64,000 bases of DNA from assembly GCA_964569295.1 (NCBI GenBank), contig CAZMVU010000001.1, forward strand, positions 20,559-84,558, written 5' to 3'. Of this stretch, positions 52,097 to 60,717 are shown one piece after another. Source of the stretch: an uncultured Nitrospirales bacterium (GTDB lineage Bacteria; Hydrogenedentota; Hydrogenedentia; Hydrogenedentales; JAGMZX01). The notes under the pieces are model-generated. The model was given only the letters and a program-made list of their open reading frames with translations, was not told the DNA's origin and made no database searches. A program made the position numbers and the translations under genes. Within the stretch, counting starts at the first letter, position 1. Each line of letters begins with the position of its first letter.

Positions 52097-53161
52097 GTGA
52101 ACAGAGCACTCATCGCCGTTTTACTGGTTCTCATCATCATAGCCGCCGGAGGCTTCACCTATCTTTGGTATCAGAAGCAGTACGATGTGAACATACCCGG
52201 GGTGAGCGATCGCCAGGAGGAGACAGACCAGCAGGAGCCCCGCCCCTTGCCTGAGCCCGGGCCTATCGTGTCCCACGCAGAATATGAGACCGAGAACACC
52301 GACAGCCGGGTGGTGTTGAAACTTGGTCAGATCGCCGATCGCCTCGAATCCTACGTTCCCCGAGAGACCATCAAGGATATTCCGGGCAACATGCGGCGCG
52401 TGATCGAGGAGGATTTCGCAGGCGTGGTGCCGGCGGAAATCGCCTTCCTGGGCGGTACCGATACCGCCAATGGCGAATATGAGCTCGTATTCTTCGTAAA
52501 TCAGCGCTATTTTGCGACGTTTCTTCCCGCCGGCATCGGCCTATCAAAGGTAATGGACCGGCTCCCGCCCATGCGCTGGGAAGATGAAGACGTGCCTATT
52601 CGGCAGGTGGATAAGTCGGTCGTCAAGGGCACGGCCTACCTGCCCGTGCCCGAGGAGGCGCTGGCAGTTCTTGCGGAGAACTGGGCAACCGGCACCGATA
52701 ATACCCCGGCGCCAGCCATAACCGGTGATCATCTTCTCGAGGTGGCTATAGACAACCGCTCCGGCGATCTTTTCACCCTGTGGACCGCATTCTCCGCAGC
52801 CAATGGCATCGATTACGACGTCCTCGCGCGCCAGCCTTTCTTCAGTCCTACCCTGCAAACGCTGCAGGACATCGCGGTGGTGCGCCTGCATGCGGATGTC
52901 ACCGAGGAAGACGTGTTGAATATCCGCCTTATCCTGGAAGCTGTCGAATCGCCGGGGCCGATGCTGTCCTCCACCCTGCCCATGTTGCTCAACGGTATGG
53001 GCAAGCAGATGATCAACGAGCAACTGACCGAGCTTGGCATAGAGCTCGATGGCCAGGCCCAATGGAACGCGGAAGCCGGCGCACTCGAGGCTTCCTACCA
53101 GATCACCGGCATTATGGATGTTATCGACAAGCAGCTTGACGCAAACACGGAAGCGCAGTAA
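52097..53161 (+). CDS. Hypothetical membrane-anchored protein, paralog 2
   Basis: GTG at 52097 preceded by TAAGGAG RBS. TM anchor ALIAVLLVLIIIAAGGF. Motifs FVNQRYFATF and GDHLLEVAIDNRSGDLFTLW shared with paralog 3. Confidence 0.5.
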   Translation: MNRALIAVLLVLIIIAAGGFTYLWYQKQYDVNIPGVSDRQEETDQQEPRPLPEPGPIVSHAEYETENTDSRVVLKLGQIADRLESYVPRETIKDIPGNMRRVIEEDFAGVVPAEIAFLGGTDTANGEYELVFFVNQRYFATFLPAGIGLSKVMDRLPPMRWEDEDVPIRQVDKSVVKGTAYLPVPEEALAVLAENWATGTDNTPAPAITGDHLLEVAIDNRSGDLFTLWTAFSAANGIDYDVLARQPFFSPTLQTLQDIAVVRLHADVTEEDVLNIRLILEAVESPGPMLSSTLPMLLNGMGKQMINEQLTELGIELDGQAQWNAEAGALEASYQITGIMDVIDKQLDANTEAQ

Positions 53162-53273
53162 GCGTTCGCCGGGGACGCAGCCCTGTTCTAACCACCTGCG
53201 GAGTGAGTGCCTTTACCGCCGCGCGGAGCGGTGCGTGTTATCCTGGGTCTAAGGCAGTTTAGGAGATGATGTT

Positions 53274-54650
53274 GTGAAGCGAGGATGTATAATCGTTGTT
53301 CTGCTCCTGTTGGCCGTGCTCGTGGTGGGCGGCGTGGGCGGCTACTGGTACCTGCGCGCCAAACTCGGGCTCGATGAGGCCGCCGTGCGATCCTACGACG
53401 AGGTCCTCACGGACGACACCCGGGTCGTGGCTGCTGTGGAACCACGCCAGCTCAGCCACCTGATCGAGCAGACCGTCCTGCCTGAGATCGAGGCCATGGA
53501 GGGCCCCGAATATCTCAAGACCCAGTTAAAGCGCTACGCCGTCGACGCTATCCCCAACCAGATAGCGCTGCTCATTGGTCTCGCCCTGGAACGCCAGGCG
53601 ATGGATGCCACCCTCTTTGTCAACGAACGCTACTTCGGCCCCGCCATTGCCGCGTTTACCCAACGGCCGGAGGAATTCCGCCAGCATTTGGACACGACGT
53701 ATACCGGCCCGCCCTTCATGCTGCCCGAACGCGGCATACTTGTGGCGGAAACGGGCTTTCCGCTGTTGACGGGCGTGCAACCTATTCTTCAGGAATACTG
53801 GCCGGAGAATGTGCCTCCCGCGCCCATGGCGATAGAGGGCGGCCATCTGCTCGAGGTGCTCCTCGATAACCGGCAGGGCGAGCTGCTGCACTTTGCCGGC
53901 GCCCTGGCGCGCCAGGATAACCCGGACATCACGGAACTCTTCCGCAACACCCAACAGGAACGTGCCATCGCGCATCTGCTGCGGTTGGTCTCCGATTGCC
54001 GCCTCGTTCTCGATCTCGAGGACGATTACAGCCTGTCGGCGCAACTGACCGCCAGCCGTATGGAAGAGAGCCCCTCCCCATTGCAGATGACCTTTACCGG
54101 CCACACGGGGCCCGCGCTGATGGAGGCGCTCGAAAAGCAACTCAACGCCGGCCAGCTCGACGCTGCGCCGCTTGTTGCGCTGGCCTTGCAGCACTTGGAC
54201 CAGTTCTCGTACAACCTCTACTTCGACAATCAGCGCGAAGCGTTCATGACGCTCATGGCCAACCTCGGGATGTTCGAAACCCCAGAAATGGCTGCGCAGG
54301 AACAGCAGCTCAAGACGGTTATTCGCCTGATGACGGAAAGCAGCATCGAGGGCTTTCTCATGGACAATGGCGACCTCACCGGGGAATGGCAGGTTCACAG
54401 TGCGCCCGAGGATCAATCGGCGGTATTCGTGGCGCTGGGCTTCCTGCCTATCGACCCGGTCCTCATTCCCGCGCTCGAGGATCTCTTTGCGCGTCTGCAG
54501 ATGACCTTCGATGCTGAATCCGCACGCATGGAAGACGATGTGGCGTATGCCCGCAACTTCACCATCAAGGGTTTCAAACAAGGAATTCTCGCGCTTGTGG
54601 ACGGCCGCGCAGATTTGCAGAATCTCTTGTCACAAGGCAATGCGTCGTAG
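53274..54650 (+). CDS. Hypothetical membrane-anchored protein, paralog 3
   Basis: GTG start. TM anchor CIIVVLLLLAVLVVGGVGGYWY. Motifs FVNERYFGPAIAAF and GGHLLEVLLDNRQGELLHFA. ~100 aa longer C-terminus. Confidence 0.5.
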   Translation: MKRGCIIVVLLLLAVLVVGGVGGYWYLRAKLGLDEAAVRSYDEVLTDDTRVVAAVEPRQLSHLIEQTVLPEIEAMEGPEYLKTQLKRYAVDAIPNQIALLIGLALERQAMDATLFVNERYFGPAIAAFTQRPEEFRQHLDTTYTGPPFMLPERGILVAETGFPLLTGVQPILQEYWPENVPPAPMAIEGGHLLEVLLDNRQGELLHFAGALARQDNPDITELFRNTQQERAIAHLLRLVSDCRLVLDLEDDYSLSAQLTASRMEESPSPLQMTFTGHTGPALMEALEKQLNAGQLDAAPLVALALQHLDQFSYNLYFDNQREAFMTLMANLGMFETPEMAAQEQQLKTVIRLMTESSIEGFLMDNGDLTGEWQVHSAPEDQSAVFVALGFLPIDPVLIPALEDLFARLQMTFDAESARMEDDVAYARNFTIKGFKQGILALVDGRADLQNLLSQGNAS

Positions 54651-54686
54651 CCGTAGGCCGGGTGACCGCCCCCCGGACACAACGGG

Positions 54687-55289
54687 TTAGAAGAGGGGTG
54701 TGCGCCCTTCGATGGCGTGGCTCAGGGTGGCGTCGTCGGCGTATTCGAGGCCGCCGCCCATGGGTACGCCATGGGCGATGCGCGACACGGCCACCCCGTG
54801 TTCGTGAAGCTGCCGCGCAATATACAAGGCGGTGGCTTCCCCCTCGGCGGTCGTGTTTGTGGCAATGACCACCTCGCGCACCGCGCCATCTTCCAACCGC
54901 CGAAATAAGCGTGCGATCTTCAGTTCTTCCGGCCCGATGCCCTCGAGCGGGTTCAATACGCCGTGCAACACATGGTAGACCCCGCGGAAACCACCCCCCT
55001 TCTCGATGGCCAACGCCCCCGCCGGCTGCTCCACCACGCAGATAAGACCATGGTCACGCTTGTCGTTGGCGCAGATGGCACAGGGGTCGCGTTCGGTAAG
55101 GTTGCTGCAAATCGAACACGTGGTGATGCGGGTACGCGCCTCGCGCAGGGCGTCGCTGAGAAAGCACGCATCTTCCGCCGGCGCACTGAGAACGTGCAAG
55201 GTGAGCCGTTCCGCAGAACGCTTGCCGATCCCCGGCAGCCGGCGAAACGCCTCGACGAGCCGTTCGACTGACGGCTCATTCAACAACAT
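54687..55289 (-). CDS. recR: Recombination protein RecR
   Basis: 200 aa; HhH (LPGIGKRSAERL), C4 zinc finger (CSICSNL...CAIC) and Toprim domain. Confidence 0.95.
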   Translation of the reverse strand: MLLNEPSVERLVEAFRRLPGIGKRSAERLTLHVLSAPAEDACFLSDALREARTRITTCSICSNLTERDPCAICANDKRDHGLICVVEQPAGALAIEKGGGFRGVYHVLHGVLNPLEGIGPEELKIARLFRRLEDGAVREVVIATNTTAEGEATALYIARQLHEHGVAVSRIAHGVPMGGGLEYADDATLSHAIEGRTPLF

Positions 55290-55332
55290 GGCAGACTCCC
55301 CCGGCTAGTCCTGGCAGATAGATAACAGGGGC

Positions 55333-55842
55333 TCACGCGCCCGCCGCTAAATGCTGGCGAATCTCGTTCCATTCCCGCATCTTGGCTTCGCGTGTAAGGA
55401 AATCGAGCCGGTCGAGGATAACAATTCCCCCGAGGTGATCCACCTCATGCTGAATAATGCGCGCGTGCATATCCTCAGCTTCGAAGGTTTCCTGGCGGCC
55501 GTGTATATCCTGCGCGCGCACCTTGATACGGGTGGCACGACTGATTTCCACATAGAGGTTGGGCAGGCTCAGGCAGCCTTCCTCGGCGGTCTCGGCGCCC
55601 TCCGACGCGATGATCTCCGGGTTGATGAGGCAGGTAATGGCTTCTGCACCGGGTGCACGCATGACCAACAAGCGGCGCGATACACCAACCTGCGGACCGG
55701 CCAGCCCGACCCCGTCGTAGGTGTCCATCGTCTCGGCCATGTCCGTAACAAGCCGTTCGAGCGCCTGATCGAAATCTTCGATGGGCGTGGCTTTTTGTGT
55801 GAGGGGATCATCCGGGTAAAGGACGACATCCATGATGGCCAT
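55333..55842 (-). CDS. def: Peptide deformylase
   Basis: Three PDF motifs: GVGLAGPQ, EGCLS, HEVDHL. Confidence 0.95.
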   Translation of the reverse strand: MAIMDVVLYPDDPLTQKATPIEDFDQALERLVTDMAETMDTYDGVGLAGPQVGVSRRLLVMRAPGAEAITCLINPEIIASEGAETAEEGCLSLPNLYVEISRATRIKVRAQDIHGRQETFEAEDMHARIIQHEVDHLGGIVILDRLDFLTREAKMREWNEIRQHLAAGA

Positions 55843-56104
55843 TACATGCTTCTCCTTACACTTCTTGGACTTGTGAGCATGTGGCGGATCGGGGCATGGC
55901 CATAAAGGCCTGTTTCACTCTTCATGCCCGATGACAATTACAATTAACGCCGCTGCTCATGAAGGAACGTTCTTCCGGCCGTGCTCCCCGTACGACCGCG
56001 GGGTTCTGGCCGAAGCTCCTTATGTTCCTAAGCGCTCAAACACGCGCAAGGCGGCTGGGTATTCCACATGGTGCTTTCGATTGTCCTACATTCGCGCGTT
56101 GGAT

Positions 56105-57505
56105 TCAAGCCGACCGCAGGCGTTTGCGCAACCGGTCCACTGTTTGGCGCACGTCCTGCTTATTGTCAAGGTCTTTGGCGATCTTTTCGCACGAATAAAG
56201 CACAGTGCTGTGGTCCTTGCCGCCCAGGGCTTCCCCCACGTCCTTGAGTGACAGGCGCGGTATGAGCTCCTTGCACAGGAACATGGACAGTTGCCGGGGA
56301 AACGACACATGCCGTTGCCGGCTGCGCCCGCGCAAGTCAGCGATACGCACATCGAATTCATCGGCCACCACACGCAACACCCCCTCGATGCTCACCGGTT
56401 TGATCTTCTCGCTTCCGATGAGATCGCGCAGGATCTCCTGGGCCATGGGCAAATTTACCTGCTGCTCCTGGAGCCGGCTGTATGCGAGCAGCGTGACCAG
56501 CGCCCCCTCGAGTTCGCGGATATTCGTGGTCACATAGGTCGCAATATAACGTATGACATCCGCCGGCACGCTCACCCCTTGCTCCTTCGCCTTATTCTGG
56601 AGGATCGCCTCGCGCGTCTCCTGGTCCGGCGGGGTGATATCCGTCACCAGTCCCCATTCGAAGCGCGACACCAGGCGCTCTTCCATATCCTTGAGTTCCT
56701 TCGGGCTGCGATCACTCGATAGCACGATCTGTTTGCGTCCGTCATACAGCGTATTGAAGGTATGGAAGAACTCTTCCTGGGTGGCTTCTTTGCCTGCCAG
56801 AAAGTGGATATCGTCGATGAGAAGCACATCCACCTTCCGGTACTTCTCGCGAAACCGGTTGGTCGACTTCTTAGCGATGCTGTCGATGAGTTGGTTCGTG
56901 AAGTGCTCGCTCGAAATGAACACGACCTTCATGTTGGGATCGCGCTGCAGCAGTTCCTGGCCCACCGCCTGCATAAGGTGGGTCTTGCCGAGTCCTGTGG
57001 CTCCCGAGACAAATAACGGGTTATACGCGTGGCCCGGCGAATCAGCCACGGCACGCGCTGCCGCGTGCGCAAAACGGTTGCTCGACCCGATAACGAAATG
57101 CTCGAAGGTATAGCGTGCGTTGAAGCCCGAATACCGCTGGTTTACTCGCGCCGCCTTTTTCTTCTCTGTAACTGCGGGCCCCGCCGGAGAAGATGCTGCA
57201 CGGCCCCTCTCCTGGGAATGCTTGGCCCCGCCATTGGCCGGAGGCGCCTCGGCCGCCATTGGCTTGAAGGTAATTCCGGTAAAATCCGGCTGCACCTTGC
57301 TCATCGAATTGTGAATCGCGTCCAGGTAGTGGTCGCGAAGCCATTTGGCAAAAAAAGGACTCGGAACACCGATCACCAAATGGCCATTGGTCATCGAAAG
57401 GTATTGCGTCTGACTAAACCAATTCTTGTATGAATGATCATCTACGACGTTGCGCAGGTACTCTTGCGCTGCTTCCCACGGATTCATTTGATCGCGTAGC
57501 GGCAT
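56105..57505 (-). CDS. dnaA: Chromosomal replication initiator protein DnaA
   Basis: AAA+ motifs (GATGLGKTHL, LLIDDIHF). Sensor and C-terminal DNA-binding domain (VSFPRQLSMFLCKEL...HSTVLYSCEKI). Start at Met 57505 (alternative 57487). Confidence 0.9.
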   Translation of the reverse strand: MPLRDQMNPWEAAQEYLRNVVDDHSYKNWFSQTQYLSMTNGHLVIGVPSPFFAKWLRDHYLDAIHNSMSKVQPDFTGITFKPMAAEAPPANGGAKHSQERGRAASSPAGPAVTEKKKAARVNQRYSGFNARYTFEHFVIGSSNRFAHAAARAVADSPGHAYNPLFVSGATGLGKTHLMQAVGQELLQRDPNMKVVFISSEHFTNQLIDSIAKKSTNRFREKYRKVDVLLIDDIHFLAGKEATQEEFFHTFNTLYDGRKQIVLSSDRSPKELKDMEERLVSRFEWGLVTDITPPDQETREAILQNKAKEQGVSVPADVIRYIATYVTTNIRELEGALVTLLAYSRLQEQQVNLPMAQEILRDLIGSEKIKPVSIEGVLRVVADEFDVRIADLRGRSRQRHVSFPRQLSMFLCKELIPRLSLKDVGEALGGKDHSTVLYSCEKIAKDLDNKQDVRQTVDRLRKRLRSA

Positions 57506-57729
57506 CAGTTTCTCCCGTTTTGTGGCCTGGCCTGCGTATGCCGAGTGCGCAGCGACAAACAGCGACCCCACGCGCCAATACAAACACTTATGCCTTACCC
57601 TGCTTTAATATGTCCCCTGCAAACCCACCTGTCACCCCGGCTTGTTAGCTAGATCAGTCTCCCACTAGTGCCGGATTTGTTCATCCCGCCGCCCGGTGCA
57701 ACCCCGTAAAATACACCCCGTCAATGCGG

Positions 57730-57760
57730 TTATCCACAGGTTCTTCACAGCTTGTCCACC
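57730..57760 (+). promoter_or_regulatory. Three direct DnaA-box-like 9-mers with 11-bp phasing upstream of dnaA (putative oriC/dnaA control element)
   Basis: TTATCCACA (57730-57738, perfect consensus), TTCTTCACA (57741-57749), TTGTCCACC (57752-57760), ~225 bp upstream of dnaA. Flanked by the AT-richest stretches of the 57.58-57.83 kb noncoding region. Confidence 0.55.
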
Positions 57761-57832
57761 CCCATTTTGCCCTTTATTTACGGGGCTTTTGAAGACGACG
57801 TTGCTGAGTGTGCACCATGCCCTGCGGTCTTG

Positions 57833-58243
57833 TCAACCCCCCCCACTACCCTGTTGATTCGCAATGACTTTCGCTGTTTCCCAGAAGGCGTCGAGCTCAG
57901 CAAGCGAGCAACTTTGCATCTCACGGCCCGCCTCATGCACGGATTTCTTGACGTATGCGAAGCGTTCTGAAAACCGCACACACGTTTCACGCAACGCTTC
58001 ATCGGGGTCCACGTCCAAGAATCGTGCCACGTTCACCGCCGCGAAGAGCAAATCACCCAACTCCTTACTGGCATGGTGTTTATCCCCTTCCGCAAGCGCC
58101 TCCGCGAGTTCCTGATTCTCTTCGGTGACTTTGGCGAGGGCGCCCGAAACGTCCGGCCAATCGAAGCCGAGCGCGGCCGCATCGGCCTGAATGCGCCACG
58201 CATGCCGCAGCGCATCTTGCGCAGCGCGCGGTGAATGTCCCAT
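57833..58243 (-). CDS. MazG-like nucleoside triphosphate pyrophosphohydrolase (small all-alpha NTP-PPase)
   Basis: ATG at 58243 (MGHSPRAAQDALRHA). MazG core TEENQELAEALAEGDKHHASKELGDLLFAAVNVARFLDVDPDEALR (EExxE...D). Confidence 0.7.
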   Translation of the reverse strand: MGHSPRAAQDALRHAWRIQADAAALGFDWPDVSGALAKVTEENQELAEALAEGDKHHASKELGDLLFAAVNVARFLDVDPDEALRETCVRFSERFAYVKKSVHEAGREMQSCSLAELDAFWETAKVIANQQGSGGG

Positions 58244-58444
58244 ACCATCCGGCTCCTTGCCGGCCGTGCCGGCTTCTTGTCTTTCGACGGGGATATGGCC
58301 CAACCAGCGGCCCCTGCGGCGCTTACACACAGCCGCTGGGGGAGTATCTTCCCGTTTGGTCTGCGGCCCTGCACTTCCTTATCATAGAGCCGCCACGAAG
58401 TACTGCGGCTCTCGCGCACGATACCCCAAGGAACGCACCTTACC

Positions 58445-59476
58445 ATGACCCAACGGAAAAAGCCACGTCTCGCCCTGACCATGGGCGATGTCAACGGTGT
58501 CGGCCCCGAGATTCTCGCGCGTGCCCTGGCCCGGCCCGAAGTGCGCACCGTGTGTGAACCAATCGTCTACGGCTGCGGCGACGTGCTTGCCCGTGCCTGC
58601 ACAAACTACCCCGGCGCCCCCACGCCCCATGCGGTGGGTTCTGCAGGGGCGGCCGCACCAGCCAATAGACAGCCGGTCTACAACGCCGGCCACGCCGCGC
58701 CGCCACTGCAACCCGGCAAGGTGGTTCCCGCGGCCGGCGCGGCGGCCGTGTCGTGGATTCAGGCGGCCGTGCAAGACAGTATCGACGGCGTGGTCGACGG
58801 TCTGGTCACGTGCCCAATCAGCAAGACCTGCATCTACCAGGCGGGCTTCCATTACACGGGCCATACCGAACTGGTCGCGGAAATGACAAACAGCCCGGAC
58901 TACCGTATGTGCCTGTTCGCCGGCGCCATGCGGGCGGTACACATCACTTCGCACATGGCCCTCGCCAACGCACTGCGCGCGGTCACAAGGCCACGCATCG
59001 AGAAATCCGTGCATATCGCGCATACGGCGCTTGTGCGCATGGGCATCCCTTCGCCACGGGTGGCCGTGGCTGGCCTCAATCCGCATGCGGGAGAAGACGG
59101 TGCCTTTGGCCGCGAGGAGATAGACATTATCGCCCCGGCGGTGGCCGCCTGCTGCGAGGCTGGCATCGCCTGCGTGGGCCCCATCCCGCCGGATACCATT
59201 TTCCGCCATATGCGCGAGGGCCGCTATGACGTGGTCATCGCCCTCTATCACGACCAGGGCCACATTCCCTTGAAGCTCATCGCGATGGATACGGGAGTAA
59301 ACGTGACCCTCGGCATCCCTATTGTGCGCACGTCGGTCGATCATGGCACCGCCTACGACATTGCCTGGCAGGGCCAGGCACGCGCGCATTCGCTGGTGGC
59401 CGCTATCACGCTGGCGGCTCAGCTCACCGGTATGGCTATGGTGCATCCCCCTGCTCAGGAGCATTCTGAACCGTGA
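58445..59476 (+). CDS. pdxA: 4-hydroxythreonine-4-phosphate dehydrogenase
   Basis: 343 aa; PdxA motifs (LALTMGDVNGVGPEI; GHTE; GLNPHAGE; LYHDQG; SVDHGTA). Confidence 0.9.
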   Translation: MTQRKKPRLALTMGDVNGVGPEILARALARPEVRTVCEPIVYGCGDVLARACTNYPGAPTPHAVGSAGAAAPANRQPVYNAGHAAPPLQPGKVVPAAGAAAVSWIQAAVQDSIDGVVDGLVTCPISKTCIYQAGFHYTGHTELVAEMTNSPDYRMCLFAGAMRAVHITSHMALANALRAVTRPRIEKSVHIAHTALVRMGIPSPRVAVAGLNPHAGEDGAFGREEIDIIAPAVAACCEAGIACVGPIPPDTIFRHMREGRYDVVIALYHDQGHIPLKLIAMDTGVNVTLGIPIVRTSVDHGTAYDIAWQGQARAHSLVAAITLAAQLTGMAMVHPPAQEHSEP

Positions 59477-60717
59477 ATATGCTGCTACGTTACTGTTTTC
59501 TTTCATGTGCCGCGGCATTGCTGATGCGAAGCGCCGGCGCCACAGCCGAAACCTTTCAGTTCGGGCCGGCGTTCCGGGTGGGCCCGCAACCGCGGGATAT
59601 CGTGGCCCCGGATCTCGACGGGGACGGCTGGCCCGAAATCATCACAGCGGATTGCGGCGCCATGGTGGACAGGCATGAGGAGCGGCCGGCCAATGATGAG
59701 TTATCCATGTTGCGCGCCGAAGGCGACCTCGACTACGTAAAGCACCACCCCTCGCTCAAGACCGGCTTCGCCCCCTATTGCATCGCTATTGCCAATATCG
59801 ATGCAATCAAGATGCCGGACATCGTGGTGGCCAGTTTTCTCGCCGCACGAAACCGTGACCTTTCTCTTTACCGTAACCTGCCTGAGGGCATCTTCGAAAC
59901 GTTGCGATTTCGCGTGCCCGATGAAGGGCTCGACTATTACCGGCACACGGACGGTGATGGGCTCCCCATCTTTACCCAGCCCGGCCTTACCGCATTGGCA
60001 ATCCGTGACATGGACGGCGACGGTTACCGCGATGTCATCGCGACCGGCTGGTCGAGCGATGTGCTCGTCTACTTTCCCGGTGAGGACGGAGAATATTTCG
60101 GCAATCCCACGCTGATCCCCTGCGAAGGCGGCCCGCGGGATGTGGCTGTACACGACTTCGACGGCGACGGCATCGACGATCTCGCTGTGGTGCTTCATGC
60201 GACAGGGGAAGTTGCCTTGTGGAAGGGCGATGGCGAGGGCCGTTTTACCGAAGAAACCCGCTTCTCGACGCGCGGCCGCCTGCCCACGACGCTGCGCATC
60301 GCTGATGTGAATGGGGATGGTAAGGCCGACATTTGTGTGTCCCATTCGCACACGGACGACTCGGTGGCCGTCTTCTACGGCGACGGCAAATTCCGCTTTA
60401 GTGTTTCGCAGGAACTGCTGGTGGGGGAACACCGCGACGTCCTCGAGGAGGGTATCCATGATCTGGTGGCCGCGGATCTCACCGGCAATGACCGCGTCGA
60501 TCTGGCGGTTGCCTGCTTTGCCGCGTTGCGGGTGGTGGTTTACGTGAACACATCCGAGGATGTGAACCGCCCGCAGTCATTCAGCCGGGAGGAGTACACG
60601 TTTCGTGAGGGGCGCCCCCGCGCCTTGTGTACGGCAGACTTCAACCAGGACGGCAAGCCCGATCTGGCGGTTGCCCAGTGGGAACCCGACGCCGTGCAGC
60701 TTCTACTCGGCCGCTGA
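59473..60717 (+). CDS. Secreted FG-GAP/VCBS repeat (integrin-alpha-like beta-propeller) protein
   Basis: Signal peptide MLLRYCFLSCAAALLMRSAGA. Repeated Ca-binding DxDGDG loops (DLDGDGWPEI, DMDGDGYRDV, DFDGDGIDDL, DVNGDGKADI, DFNQDGKPDL). Start overlaps the pdxA stop. Confidence 0.75.
   Translation: MNMLLRYCFLSCAAALLMRSAGATAETFQFGPAFRVGPQPRDIVAPDLDGDGWPEIITADCGAMVDRHEERPANDELSMLRAEGDLDYVKHHPSLKTGFAPYCIAIANIDAIKMPDIVVASFLAARNRDLSLYRNLPEGIFETLRFRVPDEGLDYYRHTDGDGLPIFTQPGLTALAIRDMDGDGYRDVIATGWSSDVLVYFPGEDGEYFGNPTLIPCEGGPRDVAVHDFDGDGIDDLAVVLHATGEVALWKGDGEGRFTEETRFSTRGRLPTTLRIADVNGDGKADICVSHSHTDDSVAVFYGDGKFRFSVSQELLVGEHRDVLEEGIHDLVAADLTGNDRVDLAVACFAALRVVVYVNTSEDVNRPQSFSREEYTFREGRPRALCTADFNQDGKPDLAVAQWEPDAVQLLLGR

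Noticed and set aside
55843-56104. Possible DnaA boxes between dnaA 3' end and def
   Set aside because: Only weak partial matches (e.g. tgtggcgga), nothing approaching the TTATCCACA consensus seen upstream of dnaA.
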